Assembly: GCF_001194135.2 (NCBI RefSeq)
Contig: NC_068998.1
Span: forward strand, 39,950,422-40,014,421
From: Octopus bimaculoides
Taxonomy: Eukaryota
Direction: 5' to 3'
DNA: 64,000 nucleotides
The notes beneath the pieces are model-generated. The model saw only the letters and a list, made by a program, of their open reading frames with translations, was not told the origin of the DNA and searched no databases. The position numbers and the translations under genes are program-made. Of this stretch, positions 10,518 to 22,453 are shown piece after piece. Each line of letters begins with the position of its first letter. The stretch's first letter is position 1.

Positions 10518-13049
10518 GTTCCGCACCCAAATACATAAACAGTTACTCTGAGGGACTTCCATAGCTTTCATCTACCAAATTTAACTTACAAGGTCTAGTT
10601 GACAACATTTGCCTCAAAGTGAGACATAATGAAATTATAACCTGAAATTACATAGCTGTGAAGCAAACATCACATCTTAACCACACTGCCAAGCCTATAC
10701 CGGGCAAAGACATTTATTCCCAAGTTATTCTGTCAGATGAGCTGTAAATTATATTTGATGGGGAGACGCTATTAACTTCAGTAAGCAGTAGTGAAGTAGA
10801 ACAGTATAATTGACAGATCTTTCATTAGTTTGAAGTTCAGTGTTCAAATCCTACTGAAAGAAAGAAGATTCTACCAGAAAAAGAATTGCTAATAAAAACA
10901 GTAGTAGTAGTAGTAGTAGCAGCAGCATCCAAGACACAAAAATCTCATCCTTGTGTGTAAGTGTGGGGGAGAGAGTGTGTGTGTGTGCAGAAAGAAGAGA
11001 AAGAATGTTGGGATGAAATATATTGACAATATACAAGAGTGAGAAAGACACTCAAGAGAAAGACAAGGGAATAAGAGAGAATATTTTCAGTGTGTATGAT
11101 GGATAAAGTATGTGAGAGAGGAGGGGAGAAAGAAAGAAAGAGGGGAGAAAGAAAGAAAGAGGGGAGAAAGGAAAGAGTGCTGGAAAGAAATATATTGATG
11201 AGTGGGAATGAAGCAGAATTGAGAGTGGGGTGGTAAAAAAAGAGAGAAATTGATTAAGATAGACAAATAGATAGATGATGCATTTAAGTCAAAGAAGATG
11301 GAGGGTGGGAAGAGAGAGAGAGAGAGAGCGTGTGTGTGTGTCAGAAATATATAAAGAATATTGGAGATAAGTTGTGAGCAAAAAAAAAAAAGAAATGTGT
11401 GAGAACATGAGAGAGTGAGCAAGAGTGAGTGAGAGAAGAAAAAGAAAAACAAGAAAAGAAATATTACGCCAGTCCACCCCTTTCGGTCAGTACCCAAGTA
11501 TTTTTAAAGCTATTAAACAGAAAAAAGAAAACAAAAGCATGAACAAAACCTGAAATAATTACAAATTCATTGTAGAACAAACATTATTGATTCTGACCAG
11601 TATTATTGATTCACACAAGGTAAGGTGACAGAAAGAAATTTAAGAAGACATCCACCCACCACCACTACCTTCAAGTCTATTCTAACTCTCATCCTAGAAT
11701 ATTTCATCTCAAAATTGCCTCCTGTAAGTGAGTGTCCTACCAATAGGAGATCGCTCTGTCAGTTACTATATCGAGGGTTCCAGTTGATCAGATCAATGGA
11801 ACAGCCTGCTCATGAAATTGATGTGCATGTGGCTGAGCACTCCACAGACATATGTACTGTTAATGTAGTTCTGAGGGAGATTCAGTGTGACACAGAGTAT
11901 GACAAGGCTGGCCCTTTGAAATACAGGTACTACTCATTTTTGCCAGCTGAGTGGACTGGAGCAACATGAAATAAAGTATCATACTCAAGGACACAATACA
12001 CTGCCAGGAATCGAACTCTTGATCTTACAATTGTGAACTAAATACCCTAACCACTCAGCCACACACCCTCACCAATAAAAGATAACAAATGAAGAAATCA
12101 TTGTATTTTATTTTACATGTTGCTAGAATCAAAGGATTAATGATTCACATCTTGTCACCTGTAGCAGGACACTTCAATGGCCTAGACTCTTAACAGTCAA
12201 AGTCTCTGAAACATGGCTTTGTTTGAAACATCAGAACTGACCTTTCCTTACGGAAATATCTTAGATAAAGAATTTGGTAAATTTTTACCATTACACCTGT
12301 CTTGTGGGAAGGGTGTAAATGCTAATTGGCAAACTTTCAAAATAGCCACCACTACTTCATGGAGAAATAAAAGAGCAAGAAAGTGGGTGGTTGCTTTCTT
12401 CTGTGAAAGAATTTTTTGTCTGAAAACTTAAATTTTTTACATTTTTACTCAATTCTTTGTCTTTTTTCTGGGAAATATTTATTATTACAGGTCTCACAAT
12501 ATGTAGAGCACAAAATTTCCTATGAGGAAATATTTAGCACTTAAACTGGCCATATCCAGCCAAAATAATCTACCTGTTTTATCTTCAAACTGGCCAGATC
12601 TAGCCACTTATACTTACCCTACAATATTATTTTAAAAATAAACAATCATATCATTCAAATCTCACCACTAAAAGGTAATGCATGACAAATTCAAATCAAT
12701 ATGAATAAATATGTATCATATTTGACTGAGAAATCTAAATGCTTAAAGAGTTAAAGGGGAACTTGTGTATGTTCCAGTACTCTGCTTATATTGTCAAACA
12801 GAGCAGAACAGCATGCAATTACCAAGCCAAGCAAAACTGCACTCAAGCATGAAGCTGAACAAAGCAGTACTCAAGCTTAACCATACTCATGTGACAAACC
12901 AACTAAAACCAAGTTCTGTTTGAATTTCTCACATGAGCAGAGCAGTGTTCTATTATCAACGTGAGTTGAACAGGACTAAAAAGCAATGAAGCACTTAGCT
13001 GTTAGGCTGCTAACACACATACACCCTAGACTTTATCAAATATAGCTGC

Positions 13050-13430
13050 AATGCATACCCCAAAAGGGCCATCAGACTGATTGGTGTGCAGTCACTCATC
13101 AACACACCCCATCCAACCTCTGGCCTGCAGATATGCTGCCTAATCTCTTTTTTTCCGACAAATACTGTAGTGGCCTCGGCTACTCAGAACTATCTGGTAT
13201 CTTGTCACCTTCACTCATGTACTTCTAATTTACTCACCTCTACTGCTTTTATCACCCATATTGTGTTCCCTCCATCCCAGGCCCCACATTAACCACCATA
13301 CTCAATTCTGAATCTCTACAACATCATCCCTTCAGAATTCTCTTTTTTCATTCATGTTTTTCATGCAGCTGTCAATTTTCAACTATTCATGAAGAACCCA
13401 AACATCAATCTCACTGGTCTTGCAGGGCCA
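13050..13430 (+). mobile_element. Decayed CR1/L2-type LINE 3' end
   Basis: Frameshifted remnants such as QKGHQTD.., SLFFRQIL*WPRLLRTIW.., HPYCVPS.. and ..NLYNIIPSEF.. resemble the CR1/L2 ORF2 C-terminus. Related remnants at about 47330-47830 (-), 36480-36740 (-) and 18940-19330 (+). Confidence 0.6.
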
Positions 13431-13531
13431 GGGAAAGTCATGGGAGCAGTTTCTTTCTTCAGATCCAACCAGTTAACAGAAAAACATACACACTCACGCA
13501 CCCAAAAAATAATGAAAGTTTGTGAATCGTA

Positions 13532-13610
13532 ATTTGAAGTTGAGCATCCCATCAGAACTCAGATTTAAAGCTGAGCATCTTATCAGAACTCAGATTTCAA
13601 GTTGATCCTA
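13532..13610. repeat. 31-bp minisatellite, about 2.5 units
   Basis: atttgaagttgagcatcccatcagaactcag / atttaaagctgagcatcttatcagaactcag / atttcaagttgatcc. Confidence 0.9.
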
Positions 13611-14559
13611 TCCAGACATTAGGGCTAAAGAGCTTGTCTGAATTTAGATTTGTTAATTATATTTGAAGGGAGGCAGGAAATACTTGGCGACTTACAGTAA
13701 AATCGTGTTGCTTTTGTGAAAAATGAAAGGCTCAAGTTACAAAGTAGATTCAACACTAGAAGTTACTTAACATGGCAGCAGGATTGTTTAAGATACAAAT
13801 AATCAATACAGATATTGACAGCATTATTGTAAGCATTTATATGTATATAGCAACTGTTGCTACTCTTAGTAGTCAAGCAAGTAGTATCAAAGGTCTCTAG
13901 CGGGAATAGAATAATTATTTATCATCCAATGGTCAAAGACAAGATCAATTGTTTATGGCATAGCACCAACTGAGCCATTAATAGCATCACATATGGTTTT
14001 AGTCAAAATGTTCTAGTATTTAGTCAAATTAGCATGAACCATTAGCATCTGGTAAAAGTGTTAATAAAAGCCTAAATTTGGTTGGCAGATACATAAAACA
14101 TCATTTAGGACAACAATACAATTTGTTTTTTGTTTTTTAAGAGAAAATGTTGGAACGATTTCGGAGATGAAACATCAACCCAGCCTTTTCTTTTTTTTAT
14201 AGAGGAATATATAGAAGTGGTTACTGTTATTTTATGCCCAAGCAATTAATGAAATTTAGGAATAATCCCAGAACATTTGGCACTTATTTTTAACAGTTAA
14301 AGGAATAAAAGTGCACATAGTTAAATGTATCCCATGGAAGTACAATGAAATATCTGTAGTTTTATTTGAACTCACAAGTTAATAAGATTGTGTTGAACCA
14401 GCCAGTAAATCCTATACATGGTTGGATTAATCTTAAACCATAAAAATAAATAAAAAACATGGAGGAGTTCATTTTGGATAATATATTTCTGGAGATACAA
14501 AAGATATGATGGTCAAGACTGGAGTGTCTGATCATAAATCCAATAAAAATAATAATTTC

Positions 14560-15235
14560 TAACTTAGCACATGGTCAGAAATTTAAAGGGAAGGGAATAA
14601 CATTAAAAAAAATTCTGTCAAACCTACTACATGACTTGTACTTTATTTTATCAAACCAGGAAGGATGAAAGGCAAATGTGGCGTCTGTGAGATTTGAACT
14701 TAGAATGTAAAGAGCAGAAACAAATAACACAAGGTAATTTGACAATATAGATTCTGCTCAATCCACTGTCCTTGCCCAATGAAATTAATATATTTTCTAA
14801 TTTTGGCACAAGGCCATCAATTTTAGGTTGTGGGCGGGTCAATTACATCAACCCCAGAATTAAACTGGTACTTAGTTCATCCACCCTGAAAGGATGATGG
14901 CAAAATCAACTTCAGTAGAATTTGAACTCAGAATGTAAACAGCTGGAGGAAATACTACTAAGCATTGTTTGGTGTAGTACAGAATCTGCCAGCTTGCTGC
15001 TATCCAATGAAGATAATATTGGTTTCAAAGGTTGACACAAGGCCAGCAATTTTGGGGGAGGGAATAAGTTGATTACATTGACCCCAGTATTCAATTGGTA
15101 CCTACTTCATTGACCCCGAAAGGATGAAAGGCAAAGTCAACCCCAGCAGAATCTGAACCCAGAACATAAAGATGGATGAAATGCTGCTAAGCATTTTGCC
15201 TGGCATGCTAATGATTCTGCCAGCTCGCCATCTTA
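14560..15235 (-). mobile_element. Head-to-tail array of 3 family-B SINEs
   Basis: Three units. The rightmost (about 15020-15235) is closest to the shared consensus. Confidence 0.88.
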
Positions 15236-17154
15236 AATAAAAGTAATGTTATCCATTGACTAATACTGTTTTTATTGCACTGCTAGTTTCTTTCTTTCTT
15301 TTTTTTATGTTTTTGTAGTGCTTCCTTTTTTAATTATGTAAATACAAACTTAACTATTGTTTTCATGTAGATGGCTGACATCTCTGAGTTACCTAATCCC
15401 TAAACAATCTAATTTTCCTACATCAACCAATGAATAATACTATACATTTACTAAGTAACTCTTCCATCACTATTTTGATAAGTACAGCGAAGGTTGTACT
15501 TTTGCGGAGGAGGCTATAATAAGACAGAAGCATGTCTGAAGTCTTATATAATTTCTGAAAACATGAAAATGATATTACTCACAAAGTTTTTTTTTTCTTT
15601 TCATTGCATATTTGTAGTTAGTTATTTAATACCTAATATATTAAATAAGTTGACACTAATGTAACTATTAATACTTCATTAATTATTCCTTTGTTATTAA
15701 TATTTTATTCATACTTTATTCCAGTGAGCTATTATTCTATGTCCAATATATTAAATATGTCAACATTAATTTCACTATTAATATTTTATTCACTTTGTCA
15801 TTCCAATTCAAATGTATTTGTTATTGTGAAAGTAGTAAAACAAAATTTCTTCTAAGACTGAAGGTCATTTTTATAAATAACTCCATTTTTATCAGTCAAT
15901 CACAAATTGATGGCATCAAGTTGAAAAAAATAAAACTTCATGACAAAAAGTTTAAAAATATAAACAAAAAAATTATTTATCAAATTATTTTAGCGTGGGT
16001 CAGATCAGTTTACTTGCAATCTGTTGCCTGCAAAACTTTCACATGTTTCATGTTACTCTTAAAAAAAAAAAGAACACAGTGGAAATTGCGACCATAAAGA
16101 CATTATAAACATGTTAAGTGTTTTACGTATTGACATAAAACCATATATTATATTTGTCTAGCCAATGAAAGAGGTCAACAGGCAGTTGCTCAACCTGTTA
16201 AATATAGCAGCCAAAAATCTCCCTCAAATTTCACTGTATTGTCTTATAAAAAAAAAAAAAGGAAGAACACATTGGGTAATGTAGCTGTAGATCCATGATG
16301 CCTGAATAAAAAACAGGAGAACTGTAGCTAGAGTGTTGTTCATGTGTGATTGTTCTAAGCTGATTTGGGGCTAAACAATATGTAAAGGTAAATTGCATTT
16401 AATTAAATCAATCCCAGTTTATGCCATGTATAATTTATCAATTCTGGAGCAACAAGAGTTGCCTTATTGAGATCTGAACTATGCACTGAGGTAAAGCTAA
16501 ATATTTGAAAACCTTTTGGCAAGCTCTCTACTGTTTCTGCCATTTCACTTGATTAAAAAAAAATGTAGACTACAAATTTGACTGTGGCCCATGCAGGTGC
16601 ACTGTGAACAAGAACTTTTGTCAATTATATGAAATAAAGCTTTTAGTCTATAACCATTTTAACATCTTCTTTTCTATGGGAGTATGGATCAGATAGAGTT
16701 TACTGAGTTAGATCTTCAATGGTTAAATGATCTTCCTGATGCCAACTCTTGCCAGTTTGCAAGCAAGGCAATACTTTCCCGTGGATAGATATGTTTTTGC
16801 AGAATACTGGAAATTAACAACACTCATTTACAACTATCACAAGATGTCAGGACAAGGACACACACACATTATACACTGGGCTTCTTCCACTCTCTATCAA
16901 CCAAATTTATTCACAAGGCTTTGGCTGGCCTGCATTTCTAGTAGACGACACTTGCCCAAGATGCCATGCAGTAGGACTGAAGCTGAAATCCATGTGATAG
17001 GGAAGCAAATCTCTTAACAGCACAGCCATACCTGTGCCGACAAGTATTTAATATTTCTTTTTATTTCTGCCCTTGTACCAAAATTTGAAACCAATATTTC
17101 TATTTATTAAATGGCTTCCTCTTTAGAACTGGAAAATATTTCAGATGTGATGAG

Positions 17155-17575
17155 GCACAGGTGTGGCTGTGTAGTAAGCAGTTTGCTTCCCAACCACATG
17201 ACCTGAGGTTCAGTCCCACTGCGTGGTACCTTGGGCAAGTGTCTTCTACTATGACTTCAGAATGACCAAAGCCTTGTAAGTAGGTTTAGTGGACTGAAAC
17301 TATACGAAGCCAGTCATATATATATATATATATATATATACATACACACACATGTATGCGTGAGTGCAATTGTGTATGTGTGTTTTACTGTCTTCCAGCC
17401 TTGTCTTCATGTGAAAGTTGCAAATGAATGTCACTGTCATGCAAGCAGTGTCCTTCATTTTCAATCTTCCAAGGGACATGTCTGAGCATGGGGAATCTTG
17501 CTTGGAAACAGGTGAGGGTTGGTGACAGGTAGGGCATCTGACTAGAAAATCTCCCTCAACTTTAAATGATGAAGA
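17155..17575 (+). mobile_element. tRNA/CORE-like SINE (family A) with internal (TA)n and RTE-derived 3' part
   Basis: gtggctgtgtagtaag...ggttcagtcccactgcgtggtaccttgggcaagtgtcttc; the CCTTGGGCAAGT motif is typical of the CORE domain. Similar copies at about 58347-58740 and 60820-61210. Confidence 0.85.
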
Positions 17576-19368
17576 TGGTTATCAGTTGCTAGGCCGTCCA
17601 CAAAGTTGAAGTGTTACTCACACAAGGTTACGACTTACATATCTGGAACAGTGTTCCCGTTACACACAGCCAGAAACACTCCAACCACTAATTCATATAT
17701 ATGCTGTTTCTTCTCAACCATTCTCCTACTACTACTATAACAACCTCCATTCAGAACTAGAACAGTAAACCAGGTAAGGGTTTAGTCTGCTAGTTCTAGT
17801 AAGACTGGGAATATTATCCAAGGGAGAACTTTATTAATCCCCACTTCTTTTAACACTGTAAAACCAGACTCACATACTGGCAATTACAATCTCCTCAAAG
17901 GCTTTTGAGATATCTTCAATGATTCTTCGTTGGAAATTGTTGCAGTATATTGTTGTTACTGTTATTGTTTAGACCTAGATTGAACCTGATGGAGCAGATC
18001 TCAGTCAAAGTTGGTTTTCAATGTATCCTTCTTTTTAAAGATTGTAGGGTGTGATTAGAGGAAGATCTGACCACTATTTCTGGAAGGTTGAGCCAAATAT
18101 AGAGGTTATCCCATTGGCTTAGCTGCAGTATGCATTTTTAATAGAAGAGAATGCCATATTTTACCATTTAGCAACCATGATGGTCTAAATTTCTTAACCC
18201 TTTTCCTTTTGTATTTCTCTACCAGTTCACTTTCCTGATTTTCCCTCTAAATCTAACAAGAAAAGTATTAGTCTTGAAAAGAACAATTTATTATATAACA
18301 TTAACAGCCTTATATTATTAATTTAATATTAGCATACTTAAAATAAACATTAGCAAAAATATATCTAGGAAAACTTATAAATAATGACAAAAGAATTTTT
18401 CCTAAAACAATTTCCTCATTGAAATCTTCAAATTTTACTTTCAGAAGCTTGAAATTTCCCCTCAGCTTAAGAATTGCAGATGATGTGGTTCTAGTATATA
18501 TTTGAACAGTGGGGCATTGTATTTTCATATTGAGCAGCTAAGCTGTGGCTACCTGTTGGCTTGATTGCAACAAATGCTTTAGTAGTGGGGCACCATATTT
18601 TAATATTGATTTCTAACATACACACAAGACTTCAAATTTGGGCATAACCAACTGCATAGACACCAATACCTGGCTTACTAATTCTTTATCAAACCAAGAA
18701 AGATGGAAAGCAAAGTTACCTTCAACAAGACCAGAACTCAGATCATAAAAAGCCTTTGACTACTCAACTGGGATAAAGTTTAAAAAATTGTGTGAATCCA
18801 TAATCTGCTAAATTAGTAATATCTTAACTTCATAATCACTACACTAAAAGTCAATAGATTTGTAAACAGTTATAAAGAAAGGGATAGTGTCCATAAAGCT
18901 GATATACTTAATCCCTAGATTATGTAGTGTTAAACAGTTGCAAGTCAAATTTCTTTTCTGGAGAGAATGTCAAGCAACTCTCTCTCTCCTTATACAAGTT
19001 CAAGTACCTCTTCTCCATTGAGATACATTGAATAAACTCTACTTAAAATGCCATAAGCCTGATACAAATATGTGACCCATAAATTAATAGTGTAATATTT
19101 TACCCTCTAGGTTATTACATACTTCCACATAAAATGAAGTGCCTTGATGAAGGGACTTCATTTCATGCTCCCCACCACCTACCTTGGTTAATTCAGCTGA
19201 AAATGAGTACTAGCCTAGTGCTGGTGCATCCCTCTCTCCCTCCAGCAGTTACATCCTTGATGTCTTGCCCAGTTCAGAGTAGGAAGATCAAGAGGGTATC
19301 TATATCTGCTCATTACTACATAGACACTTAAAACACTTAGTGAAAACAGGGTACCATATGCTTACAGA

Positions 19369-19600
19369 CATATGGCGCAGTGGTTAAGAGCGCGGGCTAC
19401 TAACTCCAAGATTCCGAGTTCGATTCCAGACAGTGACCTGAATAATAATAATAACAACATTGAAATATACCATAGGAATGAGAACCCAGGTTCTAAATTT
19501 CCCCAAGACACCTGATGAAGGCTGGAGGATATATCAGCTGAAACACTGTGTTAATAACAAACAAGATGAGGACAAATATCTGTCAAATGTAAATAATGTA
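19369..19600 (+). mobile_element. tRNA-headed short element with a Penelope-type hammerhead-like 3' part
   Basis: A box TGGCGCAGTGG at 19373-19383, B box GAGTTCGATTCC at 19416-19427, an (AAT)n spacer, then the CTGATGA...GAAA module. CpGs are retained. Confidence 0.8.
19507..19552 (+). ncRNA. Minimal hammerhead ribozyme fold, probably inactivated
   Basis: Stem I GACAC(19507-11)/GTGTT(19548-52), core CTGATGA (19512-18), stem II GGCTG(19520-24)/CAGCT(19535-39), GAAA (19540-43). Positions 19543-19546 read ACAC where the palindromic ACGT of dimer-forming minimal hammerheads is expected. Confidence 0.65.
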
Positions 19601-20719
19601 GGGTACCTACTATGTTTTGTTTGGTATACCTCCACTTATCTTGGATTCAGTAAGGCCCAATAGCATGGTGTCTAGCCTAACCACTTATCCCCATGTTGAT
19701 CCTGGTCTTACTTTACCATAAGCATTATACGGCACTTTCTCAATCAGCATGCATCAAACATTTTCATCCCATGTCCACACCAGAAGTATCTCAAGCAAAC
19801 AAGTTAGTCTTTATATGGTCACTCTCATCTGCTAGAAACAGCAATCAAATCTCCTACAAAAGAAGGACACATTAAACAACAGTCCAGGGCGCACTATATT
19901 TGGGAAAAAGATGGTCACATCTGGAACACCTTTGACTGTAGGTCTGATTCATCAAGGCTAAACTCAAACAACAACAATCATCACCAGTATAATTTTCTGT
20001 AAACATTAGTTGATACTTCTTAATGCCCAGCTACTCTTTCATTGTACCTGCAAATTTGTTTGTTTGTTCCAAGCAAGCTTTCCAATGCTTGCAAGGATTG
20101 AATGAACATGTTATTTGAAGTATTGATTTACAGAAGGATGCCCTTCTTCTTTGCTAACCTTTACCAATTTTTAAAGTAATGGACCACTTATTCCATAAAG
20201 CTTTGAAGGTACCAAGTACCTAGATGATTTGTAGACTTTCACACAAGCAATTGCCGATATAACCAAACACACACACACACACACAATGGTCTTCTTTCAG
20301 TTTCCATCAACCAAATCCACTCAAAAGACTTTGGCCTTCTGCAGTAAAAGACACTTGCTCCATGTGCTGGGTGCACAGAAAGACTGAACCTGAAATCATG
20401 TGGTTGGGAAACAAACTTCTCAACCACATGGCCATAAACTAGAACACATGTATTTTATATGCATTAATGAGAGAGAGAGAATGTGTGTATGTGTATTTGT
20501 GGAAGTTATGTAAAAGTTAAAGACAGGAAAAGATACATGCTCCCTCCTCTTATTACCTCCCCTCTCCACCAAAAACGTCCATGTATTCAGATATCTTGGA
20601 GACAGGTGAGTTAGTTTTAAAATGTCATATGTAAAATATATATATATATATATATATAAAGCCTTCAAACAGTGTCTTGCTATACAGTAAGATTTATTTT
20701 ATTTATTATTTTTTTAAAG

Positions 20720-20805
20720 GTGACATTGATGTTGTATCATGGCAAAAATGGGACCATAAATTGCTTCCACTTACACTGAATGACCAAGATGGAAATGGTT
20801 TGTGA
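20720..20805 (+). CDS. Candidate terminal exon, plus strand (xDIDVVSWQKWDHKLLPLTLNDQDGNGL*)
   Basis: T-rich tract ending tttttttaaag|G, followed by a unique 86-nt phase-1 frame to TGA. Confidence 0.3.
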
Positions 20806-21078
20806 CAGCTGTGGGAGGTCAGAATAATTATAGCTGCTCCATTATTATATTTATTTTACATTTCATTTTGCCTTTATAACTTGCCATTCCTTACTTATTC
20901 AACCTTTTCTTATTTACTCTCTGACAAATTATTCTAAAGCAAATGATTTAATACCAGTCTGTACAGTTTCTAAGACAGAATAAAGAGGTTATATTACTTT
21001 CAGGAAAAAGTTATTTTAAACATGTAGTACTAGCAAGACTGTATACTTGTTGATGTTTTTCTTTTATCAAAGTTTTAT

Positions 21079-21192
21079 TTATTTTGAGTCCGTTGCAGTT
21101 TGAAACAGTAAGTTTCTTAAAGCCATCATCAATGGCTTTAGATCTTCATTTCCTTCACGACTGGACAAAGTGATGTTGTTGTCTGTTGCTGA
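21079..21192 (-). CDS. Candidate terminal exon of the minus-strand gene (SATDNNITLSSREGNEDLKPLMMALRNLLFQTATDSK*)
   Basis: Three tandem acceptors (exon starts 21192, 21188 or 21182), an open frame of up to 37 codons, and a TAA overlapped by two AATAAA hexamers (21083-21078, 21079-21074). Confidence 0.55.
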   Translation of the reverse strand, partial: SATDNNITLSSREGNEDLKPLMMALRNLLFQTATDSK

Positions 21193-21670
21193 CTAACATA
21201 GGGATTATTACCACTGGAATTTGAGATTTTGACCATTAAATATTTTCATTATCATTAAGGCACTTAGTTTTATTCTTTCTTTTACTTGATTCAGTCATTT
21301 GACTGTGGCCTTGCTCACGAGATTCTTTCAGTTTCTGTCTTACCAAATCCACTCACAAGGCTTTGGTTAGCCTGAAGCTATAATAGAAGACATTTGTCCA
21401 AGGTGCCATGCAGTGGGACTGAACCCAGAACCATGTGGTTGGGAAGCAAGCTTCTTATCATCATTATTTTTCGAGTGTCTATTTTCCCATGGGTCAGACA
21501 AGATTTACAGAGGTAGATTTTCTGTGGCCAGATGTTCATCCTGTCACCAACCCTCACCTGTTTTCCAAGCAATATAACATTTTCCCTAGTCCAGACATGT
21601 TTTCATGGAAGACTGCAAAAAATGTTACGTGTATAATTTATGGATGATGAAAAGACGGAGACACACAAAT

Positions 21671-21723
<53 letters not shown>

Positions 21724-21949
21724 GTTTCTTTTACAGTTTCCATCTAATTCATTCACAAGGCTTTGGTCAACCCAGGGACAGAGTAGAAAAAGTAGAAAAC
21801 ACTTGCCCTACCTGCCCTGCAGTGGGACTGTACCCCAAGTCACATGGCTGTGAAGCACAAATATTCTAAATTATCTAATTAAAAAAAGGGCTCAATTAAT
21901 ATACTGTATATGTATCAGTGATAAACATACTACATCAATAAGAAACATC

Positions 21950-22297
21950 ATGAGTGGTTGATGGTAAAATATTTCCAATTAAAAACCATTGTAAAAGAAA
22001 TAAAGGAAACCAAATATGCATTTATTCAACACCAGATATATTTCATATTGATCAGTTGACAGTAGTTATTGGCTATGTTGGAATATGAGATGATTGAATG
22101 CTTTTCCACTTTCTCTCTTTCCCATCGCAAGATAGATTGGAGAAGCTTTTGCTAACATCATCTTGAAATTCTTTGTACAAATTGGAATTGATGTAGCTAA
22201 TCTATGAGGACAGTCTTATGACAACAAATCAAACATGTCAGGATGCTATAAATTGCTTCGAGCAGATATTATGAATATCAATCATCTTGCACATTAT
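21950..22297 (+). mobile_element. hAT (ZMYM1-like) transposase relic, 5' part
   Basis: TPDIFHIDQLTVVIGYV (about 22030-22079) and *GQSYDNKSNMSGCYKLLRADIMNINHLAHY (GQSYDN at 22208-22225) match the hAT catalytic region RGQSYDNASNMSG. Confidence 0.85.
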
Positions 22298-22453
22298 TGT
22301 GACAAGAAACAGTTGCCAAGAATCAATCATTTTATTCAGCTAAAACATTTAATTTCAAAGAAACATAAATGTAAGTGTCCATATCTATTGTAAATGGTTG
22401 GCTATCAGCCTTCAGCTAAAATATACCATAATGTATCTGGATTGAAAATAGCA
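22298..22453 (-). repeat. 3' LTR of the Gypsy element (156 bp, TG...CA)
   Basis: Direct repeat of 25735-25895; 12 mismatches in the first 50 aligned bases, counted by eye. Confidence 0.85.

Noticed and set aside
12170-12431. Unique-looking segment with a 72-aa plus ORF and a minus-strand acceptor at about 12420
   Set aside because: Every splice-compatible frame tested hits a stop, and there is no consistent partner exon.
15371-15560. Exon-like sequence on both strands (WLTSLSYLIPK..., KLYKTSDMLLSYYSLLRK...)
   Set aside because: Stops or missing donors; it could not be joined to any chain with confidence.
19373-19435. Functional tRNA gene
   Set aside because: A and B boxes are present but there is no acceptor-stem 3' half; it is a SINE head.
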